From an uncultured Clostridia bacterium (GTDB lineage: Bacteria; Bacillota; Clostridia; Christensenellales; UBA3700), in assembly GCA_947175555.1 (NCBI GenBank), contig CAMWNK010000002.1, positions 19,186 through 83,185 of the forward strand: 64,000 nucleotides of DNA, given 5' to 3'. The notes beneath the pieces were generated by a model. That model did not search any database, was not told the origin of the DNA, and worked only from the letters and a program-made list of their open reading frames with translations. A program made the translations under genes and the position numbers. Numbering within the stretch: position 1 is the stretch's first letter; each line of letters starts with the position of its first letter. Of this stretch, positions 47,702 through 56,383 are shown in pieces.

Positions 47702-48589
47702 TTAGACTGCCAACTTTTTTATCAGCCAGTCCGTGCTCTTGTCCCCGTCGCGGTTATATCTCCTGATATAAAACGCGCTGTCTATATCGCCTTTCCTCAC
47801 TTGCGTCTTGCCCTCGTTGCACGTTAAGGTGATTGCGTAGCCCATCTCTTTGAGTATTTCTTCCGACTGCGGCGTATATCTTCCAAACGGATATGCAAAG
47901 GTCGCGGCTATCACCCCGCTCTTATCCTTGAGCGTCTCGTGCATCCTGACAATGTCCGCCCTAAGCGCCTGTCTATATTCTTCTTCGCTCTCTTCCGACA
48001 TTTGCGTTATCCCAAAGCGCGGCTTATAGGAGTGCATATTATAGGTATGGCTGCCCACCTCCCATACGCCGCTGCCTGCCATCTGTCCGATTTGTTCCCA
48101 AGTAAGATGAGAGTAGTTGGGATTGCTGTCGTCTCCCGATACGCTCGAGTGCTCGCTGAACGCGCCTATAGGGGATATCAAGGCGCGCATGCCGTATTTT
48201 GCAAGTATATCGTGCGCGTAATACAGATTGTTGTAGTGCCCGTCGTCGAAAGTAATCAGCAGAGGCTTAGCGGGAAGATTGCCCTCGCCCCTTGCGTAGG
48301 CGGCTATTTCCGCAGGCAGTACGGATACGTAACCCATATCTCTGAATGCAATCAAATCGCTCTCAAACGCGGACGGCGATACCGTATACTTACCCACCTT
48401 ACTCTTGAGCACGCTGTGATACATCACCGCGGTTATCTTTACGCTGTCCCCCGCGAGCTCGCCCTCGTATGTTGTTGCTTCGCTATCGGCCGCCCGCGTA
48501 TGAGCAGGACACAGCCAAGGCAGAGCAGCTAAAGCTATCAGCGCGCAAATTGCCGTAACGATAATTAAGCGTCTTACAGATAATACCAT
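47702..48589 (-). CDS. Secreted polysaccharide deacetylase (NodB homology domain)
   Basis: 295 aa. Signal-like N-terminus, then LLITFDDGHYNN ... GSHTYNMH. Confidence 0.8.
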   Translation of the reverse strand: MVLSVRRLIIVTAICALIALAALPWLCPAHTRAADSEATTYEGELAGDSVKITAVMYHSVLKSKVGKYTVSPSAFESDLIAFRDMGYVSVLPAEIAAYARGEGNLPAKPLLITFDDGHYNNLYYAHDILAKYGMRALISPIGAFSEHSSVSGDDSNPNYSHLTWEQIGQMAGSGVWEVGSHTYNMHSYKPRFGITQMSEESEEEYRQALRADIVRMHETLKDKSGVIAATFAYPFGRYTPQSEEILKEMGYAITLTCNEGKTQVRKGDIDSAFYIRRYNRDGDKSTDWLIKKLAV

Positions 48590-48902
48590 ACCGCTATTAT
48601 GTGCGCTACTGCATTAATATTTCCACTCGGCGACGTATCAGCTATCTTTTGGGCGGTCGCGGCTATCGCCTATCCTTGGAATTACTGTCCTAACACGCGG
48701 CAACAATTATATCGATTGCTTACTAATATCGACGAAAAGGAGCGAGCCGCACTGCATCCCACCTCGGGCAAGCTTGACAAAAATAAGTGGCAGCCTATGA
48801 AATGTATCCATAAAATGTGATTGCGCATATGATAGGGGAGCGCTTTGCAGAGTATATCGCGTCCTATATAACTATATATACGCTTAGTATATCAGCCTGC
48901 AA

Positions 48903-48930
48903 GAAAAAGCCCGACCTGCATAGGTCGGGC
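48903..48930 (-). terminator. Rho-independent terminator
   Basis: Minus strand reads GCCCGACC-tatgca-GGTCGGGC followed by TTTTTC. Confidence 0.7.
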
Positions 48931-48981
48931 GCAAGTTACTTATGTCTATAATACGTCTATAGCAAGACGTAGTTGTGCTGA

Positions 48982-49791
48982 TTAGTTGCTCCTTTTGCTC
49001 ACAGCTATCTGCAACGCAATCTTAAGTATGAGCTGTATCAGCTTGAGCAAGTTGATTATAAAGTCTATGACGTAAGCGATGAGGTAACCTCTAAGCACCT
49101 TAGCCACTTCGTACTGCTCGTCTTCGTTGAGCATGTCGCTGCCCTGTAAGAACTCGAGCGCTTCCTTATTGGCTTTCTTCTCGACGGGTATGTTGAGCAG
49201 AGTGAACACGAACGAGCAGATGTAAAACACTATCGCCAAGCCCAACACCGCAAGGGTAGGAATCTTAGAAAAACCTGTTGCGAAGTCTATTATAAATCCC
49301 ACGATTACAAGCGGAATAAAGACTATAGGTCCGAATACGCCTATCATCTGCAATATGCTGCGCGTGCGGAAAGTCTTTTCCTCGCGCTTATCCTGCATGA
49401 CAAGTCCCACCTTCTGGATAGCAAGTCCTACAGACGTGAGGTTGTCGCCGTACATGGTAGAGCGGCGCAGCCATATAGTCTTGCTGAATCTGTTGTAATA
49501 ATTGCCGAATACCATTGTCCTTAAGATACCTGCCTTGCGCACTTGCACGTCGGTGAATCCAAGTTTATCAAGCGCAGCCCTTGCCGCGCTCTCGCCGGTA
49601 TATCCGCCCGACGACTTGTGCCTGTTGGCAAACCAGTACAGGTATAACACTCTAAGACGCGCTATAAGCGCAGCCACGGTCATAACTGCTATAAGGATAG
49701 TTACGACAATAAGCGCCATTACGAGTACGACTACGTCCTCGCCGAATTCAGCGGCGAGATCGGCATAAATACCCGAACATAAAAATCCCAT
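48982..49791 (-). CDS. YugP-like (Zn_peptidase_2 family) membrane protein lacking the HExxH motif
   Basis: 269 aa. The layout resembles the B. subtilis YugP type: SSGGYTGESAARAALDKLGF.DVQV..., then TM segments, then NIPVEKKANKEA. At the position where I recall AAHEAGHAIQ, this protein has GLAIQKVGLVMQ. The family call is from memory, not from a search. Confidence 0.45.
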   Translation of the reverse strand: MGFLCSGIYADLAAEFGEDVVVLVMALIVVTILIAVMTVAALIARLRVLYLYWFANRHKSSGGYTGESAARAALDKLGFTDVQVRKAGILRTMVFGNYYNRFSKTIWLRRSTMYGDNLTSVGLAIQKVGLVMQDKREEKTFRTRSILQMIGVFGPIVFIPLVIVGFIIDFATGFSKIPTLAVLGLAIVFYICSFVFTLLNIPVEKKANKEALEFLQGSDMLNEDEQYEVAKVLRGYLIAYVIDFIINLLKLIQLILKIALQIAVSKRSN

Positions 49792-50213
49792 ATCTAACTC
49801 CTTTTTAAGCCCTAAGGCTAAATTACGGATATATTATACAATCGAAATTATCATATGTCAACAATAGGTAAAATTTACCTGCCGATTGACGATAATCGTC
49901 ATTTCAATGTAAAAGGTTGATAATTAATATGTAAAATGTGATTTTAAGCCGTGCAAACCGCTTTAATCCGTGTTATGATTGAGACGCAAAGGGCTTACAG
50001 GCAGATAGAGCATTGTTATGCCTGCATGTGCGTATCGTATCGGGATTGATTGCCCGAGCATACGCATCTTGGTATCGGCGGCAAGCGGACAAGCTACCGC
50101 GCACTAATTCATCAGACGATATGACGGACGGATTTATTTCATTTTGCCGTCCGAGCAATCATATCTATCCCTCCTCACCCGACGGTCGCGCTATTTGCGG
50201 CCGTCATTTTATA

Positions 50214-50243
50214 TTGACACCGACTGCCGCACTACCTTATAAT
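50214..50243 (+). promoter_or_regulatory. Sigma-A-type promoter for the GPH transporter gene
   Basis: TTGACA (50214-50219), 18-nt spacer, TATAAT (50238-50243), about 90 nt before ATG 50332. Confidence 0.55.
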
Positions 50244-50331
50244 TATTATATATCGGTATATTATTTATATATATTGCCGCTCAATAATACTGCCGCGTCA
50301 ATTCACGCTGTCGGCAATACGAGGTGAATCA

Positions 50332-51891
50332 ATGAAAAAATCGCTTAAGCCCCTGCCTTGCGCAGCCGAGGACTACATCCCCTTACGAGAAAAGATAACT
50401 TACGGCATAGGCGACTTCTTCGGCGGCGGACAGGCGACAATGATTTCGCTTATCCTGCTCGTGTTCATGACCGACGGACTGGGCATAGGCGCGGGTATAG
50501 CGGGCACGATAATCACGCTCGCTAAGTTCTGGGACGCGGTATCCGATCCTTTCATGGGCAATCTTTCAGACAACTTCCGCAGTCGGTTGGGCAGACGCAA
50601 GCCATTTATCTTTTTAGGCGGTCTGCTTATTATCCCTGCGATGCTTTTCCTTTTTGCTCCTTGGACGTGGGGCGCTACAGAGGGCAGCGGAGAGTATTAC
50701 GGCAAAGTAGTCGTAGTGGCTATAGCATACCTCGTGTACTGTACGGTATCCACCGTGTCGCAGGTCCCTTATTGCTCGCTCTCATCCGACATATCTTCCG
50801 ATTACAAGCAGCGCAACGCCGCCAATACTTTTAAGCTGGTTACCGACATGGCGGCTGCGGGACTGTGCTATCTCATACCCTCGCTGATATGGCAGGCATT
50901 TAAGAAGAGCAATATCACGCTCACTCACTTTTGGCTGATAATATCGCTCGGCTTCGGCTCGGTATTTGCAATCACGCTGATACTTTGCGCCCTCACCGTC
51001 AAGGAGCGTACGCCGCTGCCAGAGACCAAACAGAAGTTTTCTTTCAAGTCTTACAGCGAGCCGCTCAAGATAAAGTCTTTCCGCCTGCATTTGGGCATGT
51101 ATATCACGTCGTTTCTGACCATGGACCTCATCTCCGCGCTGGCAATCTATTATTGCGACAATATTCTGCGCGGGCTTAAACTGTTCGGCATGGACATGAG
51201 TTCGCTGTTCGTAATAGGTCCTATGATGGTGCTTGCGGCATGCGTAGTGCCGCTGTGCTATTATTTCATGAAACTCAAGAGCAAGCAGTTCGCTTTCCGC
51301 GTGGGCATGCCCCTATACATAGCGGGCGCGATATTGCTTGCGGTGTATCAGAGAGACTGGCCTACGTGGCTCGTGCCTTTATTCGCGGTGATACTCGGAC
51401 TGGGCTTCGGCGGCACGCAGATGATGCCTTGGCTGATATTCCCCGATACAGTGGACGTGGCGGAGCTGAGACTGGGCAAGCGCGATACGGGCTCGTTCTC
51501 GGGACTTATGACCTTCAGCCGCAAGATATGCACCGCGCTCGCCATACTGATAGTGGGCTGGGTGCTGTCGGGCGCGCATTACATAAGCGGCGTCAATCAA
51601 GTGCAACCCGACTCCGCGCTTATTGCAATAAGAGTTTTGCTGGGAGCGTCCGTTACCGTGCTGATAGCTCTGGGCTTTACGTTTTCAATGATGTACAAGA
51701 TTACGGATAAGAAACTTGCCCGCGTGAGATATTATCTTGATATTCAGCGCGCAGGCAACAACGACTCCCTCACCGACGAGGAGCAGGCAGAGCGCGCCGC
51801 GCTTATCAAGGAACTTGCCGGAGAAGAGCGAGCGCCGAGAGCGCGCAAGGCTAAGCCTATAAGCACCGACAACGGCAAAGAGGATAAGTAA
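50332..51891 (+). CDS. Glycoside-pentoside-hexuronide (GPH):cation symporter family MFS transporter
   Basis: 519 aa. YGIGDFFGGG...LVFMTDGLGI ... DAVSDPFMGNLSDN..SRLGRRKPF is the MelB/GPH signature. About 12 TM segments. Confidence 0.85.
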   Translation: MKKSLKPLPCAAEDYIPLREKITYGIGDFFGGGQATMISLILLVFMTDGLGIGAGIAGTIITLAKFWDAVSDPFMGNLSDNFRSRLGRRKPFIFLGGLLIIPAMLFLFAPWTWGATEGSGEYYGKVVVVAIAYLVYCTVSTVSQVPYCSLSSDISSDYKQRNAANTFKLVTDMAAAGLCYLIPSLIWQAFKKSNITLTHFWLIISLGFGSVFAITLILCALTVKERTPLPETKQKFSFKSYSEPLKIKSFRLHLGMYITSFLTMDLISALAIYYCDNILRGLKLFGMDMSSLFVIGPMMVLAACVVPLCYYFMKLKSKQFAFRVGMPLYIAGAILLAVYQRDWPTWLVPLFAVILGLGFGGTQMMPWLIFPDTVDVAELRLGKRDTGSFSGLMTFSRKICTALAILIVGWVLSGAHYISGVNQVQPDSALIAIRVLLGASVTVLIALGFTFSMMYKITDKKLARVRYYLDIQRAGNNDSLTDEEQAERAALIKELAGEERAPRARKAKPISTDNGKEDK

Positions 51892-52003
51892 TCTTTACGG
51901 CGATTTTTATCCTATAAGCGCGTTATTACAATAATTTTATGTTATTTATGACTATTGTTTGTTATAATAATAATATAGTTTTTACTTTACGGAGGTTAGC
52001 AAT

Positions 52004-52861
52004 ATGCTCGTTAAAGAGATAGATACCGCCCTTTACGGCAGATGTATGTCGCTTAGCGCAGGCAAGGCAGAGCTGCTTGTAACTTTGGATTACGGTCCGC
52101 GCATAGCATCCCTTACTTACGACTCCTCTCCCAACATGTTCTTTAAGGACACGGGGGACGAAGTCAATAAGAGCAACTCTCTTATGGACAAATCGCTCGA
52201 AGGCATGGGGGATTGGCACATCTACGGCGGACACAGACTGTGGAAGTCGCCCGAGGATATTGCGTCATACTTCCCCGACAATGCGCCCGTCAAGGTGGAG
52301 AAGGAGGGGGACGGCGTACGCTTTTCCTCGGCATTCGAGCCTTCTACGGGACTTATCAAGAGCATGTATATTACCGCTTCGGACGAGGGCGCGTTCAATA
52401 TCGAGCACCGCTTTATCAACGGTACCGACTCGCCGCTGCCCCCTACAAGCCTTTGGGCTCTTACCGTGCTTGCAGGCGGAGCCGTAGTCAAGGCGCCTTT
52501 GGACACGTCGGACACGGGACTTCTCCCCAACCGCAACTTAGTGCTGTGGAGCTATAACAGCATCAAAGACCCCCGTCTTACCGTAGATGACGATTGCATA
52601 ACCGTAAGATACGACAGCAGCGCAAAGCCCATGAAGATAGGGCTTATGAATACTCTCGGAGTAGTGCGCGCGTACAATCACGGACTTGTATTCACCAAGA
52701 GCTGGCAGGTGGAGCAGGGCGACTATCCCGACTTTTCTTGCAACACGGAGATATACTCGTCTCATCTGTTTACCGAGATGGAGACGCTCTCTCCTCTCAA
52801 GGCGTTGGACGCGGGAGAGTGCGCCATACATACGGAAGTGTGGACAATAAGTAAAGAGTAA
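52004..52861 (+). CDS. Hypothetical beta-rich protein, possibly DUF4380 / mutarotase-like
   Basis: 285 aa. GGHRLWKSPE motif. Adjacent to the sugar transporter. Family assignment is from memory only. Confidence 0.35.
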   Translation: MLVKEIDTALYGRCMSLSAGKAELLVTLDYGPRIASLTYDSSPNMFFKDTGDEVNKSNSLMDKSLEGMGDWHIYGGHRLWKSPEDIASYFPDNAPVKVEKEGDGVRFSSAFEPSTGLIKSMYITASDEGAFNIEHRFINGTDSPLPPTSLWALTVLAGGAVVKAPLDTSDTGLLPNRNLVLWSYNSIKDPRLTVDDDCITVRYDSSAKPMKIGLMNTLGVVRAYNHGLVFTKSWQVEQGDYPDFSCNTEIYSSHLFTEMETLSPLKALDAGECAIHTEVWTISKE

Positions 52862-52883
52862 TTCGGTTCTCAAGGAGTAGTAT

Positions 52884-53768
52884 ATGCGGCAAAGCCGTCG
52901 GCGCATTTTTCTTATAACCATAATAGTTGCGGTAATTACAGTTGCCGCCGTATGCCTATGCGCTTGTAAGAAAACAACTGTCATAGATAAATACTACTAT
53001 CTCTACGATTACGACCTTGCGTCGGATACGGGCAGAGGCATCGCCGAGCAATATCAAGGCGTAGCCGTTACTATTAAGACCAACTGTAAGTACTCCGTCT
53101 ACGGCGGCGCGCTCGGTTCGGGGAGGTCGAGGAATTACGATCCCGTCAGCGGCGCAATAATATCGTCCGACGGATACGTCATCACCACCTATCACGGAGT
53201 GCGCGGCGGCAACGATAACAGTATCCCCTCAAGCGAGGAGTACACGTACAAGGTATATATCTCGCGTACGGATTTATATGACTCCACCGCCGTGGAAGAA
53301 TACGACGCCGACTTTATCGAAGGGTGGCTGGGCAGCGACGTTGCGTTGCTTAAGTTGCGCGGCGCATCCAACCTCAATTATGCCAACCTCAAAGATTTTT
53401 CCGACTCCAAGGTAGGCGACAACGCGTATATGCTGTATTGCTACGACAACCGCGGCTCTATTAAAGCATGTCCGATAATGGCAAGCGCCGCTATAGGCGC
53501 GTCGAGCGTGGAGAGCACCAAGTATCTTTCCGCAATGCCTTCGGAGTACGTTACGCGCAAATTCAAGATAGACGTTATCACAGGCGAGTATCCCGCATGC
53601 TGCGCCGGAGGAATTATAATAGGCTCGGACGGCAAGGTTACGGGCATGGCATTTACAAGGCTTCTTTCTCAAGAAGCTCACGAGTCGCAAGAGCAGGACA
53701 TATACGGACTTGCCGCCGCGATTCCTGCGCGAACGCTGTACAATCTGTGCGCGTCTTATATTAACTGA
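52884..53768 (+). CDS. Lipoprotein, trypsin-like (S1C/HtrA-like, no PDZ) serine protease, divergent
   Basis: 294 aa. Lipobox CLCAC. SGAIISSDGYVITTYHGV (His), DVALLKL (Asp). The Ser-motif region is divergent (CCAGGIIIGSDGKVTG). Confidence 0.55.
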   Translation: MRQSRRRIFLITIIVAVITVAAVCLCACKKTTVIDKYYYLYDYDLASDTGRGIAEQYQGVAVTIKTNCKYSVYGGALGSGRSRNYDPVSGAIISSDGYVITTYHGVRGGNDNSIPSSEEYTYKVYISRTDLYDSTAVEEYDADFIEGWLGSDVALLKLRGASNLNYANLKDFSDSKVGDNAYMLYCYDNRGSIKACPIMASAAIGASSVESTKYLSAMPSEYVTRKFKIDVITGEYPACCAGGIIIGSDGKVTGMAFTRLLSQEAHESQEQDIYGLAAAIPARTLYNLCASYIN

Positions 53769-53782
53769 AAGGAGTATCGGAA

Positions 53783-54589
53783 TTGATAAAGGGTAGATTC
53801 AGACGACTTTTTCTCCCCATAGCGGTAATGTGCGTATGTATCGCTATCGCGCTGTGCGGCTGCTCGCTGTTGGATTCTCTTGTAGGCAGCGACAGCGAAA
53901 TCAATAATAAAGTGCAGTACCTCGACAGCGTGAATAACGCCACTGTGGGCAATATCGTAGCCAATAACTGCCTCGGCGCCGCAGTTCAGGTATATGCAGG
54001 CAACTCCGCAGGCAGCGGCTTTTTCGTAACGGCAGACGGCTATATCGTAACCAATCATCACGTCGTATCGGGTAAGACGGAATGCACTATACGCGATGCC
54101 AACGGTCAGACCGTCAAGGCTTCGCTCGTAGCTTCCGACGCTAAGCGCGACGTCGCGTTGCTCAAGGCGGATACCGAGGGCAGAGATTATCTCTACTTTG
54201 CCAGCAGCGGCAGCAAGGAAAACATATACGTGGGCGACACCGTATATATCATAGGCAATCCCGCCGACCTCGGCATTATCGTAGGCACGGGCATAGTGTC
54301 CAATCTGTCGGTATACTCGGGCTCTGACGACCGCAACTATTCTTTCAACTCCATTATCGTCAACGCGTCCATCAACCACGGCAACAGCGGCGGTCCCATG
54401 ATCAACGCTAAGGGCGCGGTAGTGGGATTGATATACGCCCGCTTTGAGAGCTCTTCCGCCAACGGAGCGCAGAATAACGACATCTACGGCTTAGCATGCG
54501 CGGTGCCTTCTACCGCGGTAATGGCATTCTTGGGCGAGCAAGGCGTTTCGTACGCTACCGCACCGCCTTATCAAGCGCCTACGGAATAA
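53783..54589 (+). CDS. Lipoprotein, trypsin-like (S1C) serine protease without PDZ domain
   Basis: 268 aa. Lipobox ALCGC. GSGFFVTADGYIVTNHHVV, DVALLKAD, NHGNSGGPMINAKGAVVG form the full His/Asp/Ser triad context. TTG start with an AAAGGAG RBS. Confidence 0.8.
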   Translation: MIKGRFRRLFLPIAVMCVCIAIALCGCSLLDSLVGSDSEINNKVQYLDSVNNATVGNIVANNCLGAAVQVYAGNSAGSGFFVTADGYIVTNHHVVSGKTECTIRDANGQTVKASLVASDAKRDVALLKADTEGRDYLYFASSGSKENIYVGDTVYIIGNPADLGIIVGTGIVSNLSVYSGSDDRNYSFNSIIVNASINHGNSGGPMINAKGAVVGLIYARFESSSANGAQNNDIYGLACAVPSTAVMAFLGEQGVSYATAPPYQAPTE

Positions 54590-54605
54590 TAACTTAAAAG
54601 ATATA

Positions 54606-54628
54606 GGAGCCGAGCGGCTCCTTTTTTC
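54606..54628 (+). terminator. Rho-independent terminator
   Basis: GGAGCC-gagc-GGCTCC followed by TTTTTT. Confidence 0.7.
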
Positions 54629-55128
54629 TTTCAAAGCGTTGCACTTGCTTTGACAATTCATCTTACCTATATATTAATATCTCATTATATATGCGTAGGC
54701 TTAGCTTAGTCCGCTCGCTATAATTTGCAGTCGACAACTGCGTATACCTTATATTATCTTGCAAGCGTTGTCGGGCTTATATTTACAGATAGACAATTCA
54801 ATAATCGTTTTTATATATTCCGCATTAATAGCGTAAGCCGAAAGTATTGTTTATTTCAATATTTGAGCGTGAAATCCAGTATCCGACGCGGCAAGTTTAA
54901 CGACGATAGAAAAGCAGCGCGCTAAGAACGTCTACGATTGATTACGCGTAGCGCCTTTATGCTACTTCCTGCAACTTTCTATTATATGCGCGGCGACTCA
55001 TTTGCATTTATTAAAATCTCATACACGTATTGGATTACTGGAAATTATTTCATATTGAATATGAGGTTGGACTGCTTTATACTTTCACTTGCAGGGGAGT
55101 TGCGGCTCCCTTGTGAGGAGGAGAGTAT

Positions 55129-55971
55129 ATGAAGATTAAGATAATTATAGCCGCGGCTTTAATCGCGGTACTTATAACGGCGGTAGTAGGTTGCGGACAG
55201 GCTTATCAGCCTTCGGACGGACCCGACATTACTCCTATACCGCCCGTCTCGCCTAACGAGCCTACGGATACAGACGAGCCCGACGTACCCGTTACGGGCA
55301 ATCCCGACGACGTCGACAGACCTGCAATGTCCAATCGCTACGACGTGGTGCTTATATCAACGGTAGACTCGCTCAACGTGCGCAGCGGCAAAGGCTCAAG
55401 CTATTCCAGCTTAGGCACGCTCGATAAGGGGGACGGAATTGCTAAGCTCGGAGAGGCTCAAGACGGTTGGTATCCCACCGTATACAGAGAGCGCACTGCT
55501 TACGTTTCGGCGGCGTACGTACGCGAGCAGCGTTTTGCCATGGGCGACGACAAGACGGAAAAAGTAGTGGAAGAAGGCAAGAAGTTGCTCGGACACCCCT
55601 ACGTGTGGGGCAGCCAGCGCTACCACTGGGGCAACGGCAATCTCAATACAGCTTTTAAGGCAGGCGAGTTTGACTGCTCCGCGCTCATGCAGTACATATT
55701 CTACAAGGGAGCAAGCGTCAATCTCGACCTCAATACCCGTACTCAGGTATTGCAGGGTAAAGAAGTGAGCCGCGCCGACCTTAAGAGAGGGGACTTAATG
55801 TTCTTCACCAACGCGTCCCGCTACAACAAGACGGGCGTGGAGCGCATAGGACACGTAGCCCTGTATCTGGGAGACAACTACATACTGCATACGGCATCCG
55901 ACCATGCGGTAATCGAGCCGATATCTGCTACGCGTTGGGGGTACTACATAGTCTCGCGCGATGTGCTGTGA
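55129..55971 (+). CDS. Lipoprotein with SH3b-like domain and NlpC/P60 (C40) cell-wall peptidase domain
   Basis: 280 aa. Lipobox VVGCG. LNVRSGKGSSYSSLGTLDKGD (SH3b). GHPYVWGSQ...FDCSALMQYIF (catalytic Cys) ... IGHVALYLG (His). Confidence 0.85.
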   Translation: MKIKIIIAAALIAVLITAVVGCGQAYQPSDGPDITPIPPVSPNEPTDTDEPDVPVTGNPDDVDRPAMSNRYDVVLISTVDSLNVRSGKGSSYSSLGTLDKGDGIAKLGEAQDGWYPTVYRERTAYVSAAYVREQRFAMGDDKTEKVVEEGKKLLGHPYVWGSQRYHWGNGNLNTAFKAGEFDCSALMQYIFYKGASVNLDLNTRTQVLQGKEVSRADLKRGDLMFFTNASRYNKTGVERIGHVALYLGDNYILHTASDHAVIEPISATRWGYYIVSRDVL

Positions 55972-56287
55972 TAATCTGAGCTTGTTTGCGACAGTTGTCT
56001 TAATACCTATGCTGGCAGTTGAGAAAGATAAACGCAACACGTGCCGCCCCTGGCGTACTCTTAATAACAGGGCGTATATCACGGCGGCAACAGATATTAA
56101 AGCCTTGAGTAAGCCGCCGATTGTATGTACATGACGGCGCATATAAGCGGCAACAGCCCTCGGCTGTGTCAATGCGAAAAGACAGCAAAGGCGCAAGCAT
56201 ACTGCTTATAAAAGCATATTTTACATAGCAAATACGGCTGTTAAAATATACCGATTGACGCGTATTGATTACACGTAGCGGTTCTTT

Positions 56288-56316
56288 GAGGGAGGGCAAC
56301 CCTCCCGCTTTTTTTA
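56288..56316 (+). terminator. Rho-independent terminator about 320 nt downstream of the NlpC/P60 stop codon
   Basis: GAGGGAGGG-caa-CCCTCCC-gc followed by TTTTTTT. Confidence 0.7.
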
Positions 56317-56383
56317 TGCAATCTTTCTTTATCGCTATTTACAGCCGCGGGATGCGGTGTTATACTTAAGAAGGAGGAAGATT

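Noticed and set aside
54590-55128. A c-di-AMP (ydaO/yuaA) riboswitch upstream of the NlpC/P60 gene.
   Set aside because: The conserved blocks I remember (GGGGACCCA, GGGGUGAAUC, CAGCUAACCUCGUAAGC) are absent. Only vague resemblance exists (GTGAAATCC, CCGACGCGGC). A covariance-model scan would be needed to be sure.
54938-56280. A 16-nt near-repeat flanking the NlpC/P60 gene: TTGATTACGCGTAGCG at 54938-54953 and TTGATTACACGTAGCG at 56265-56280.
   Set aside because: With one mismatch allowed, tens of such 16-mer pairs are expected by chance in 64 kb. There is no further similarity around them.
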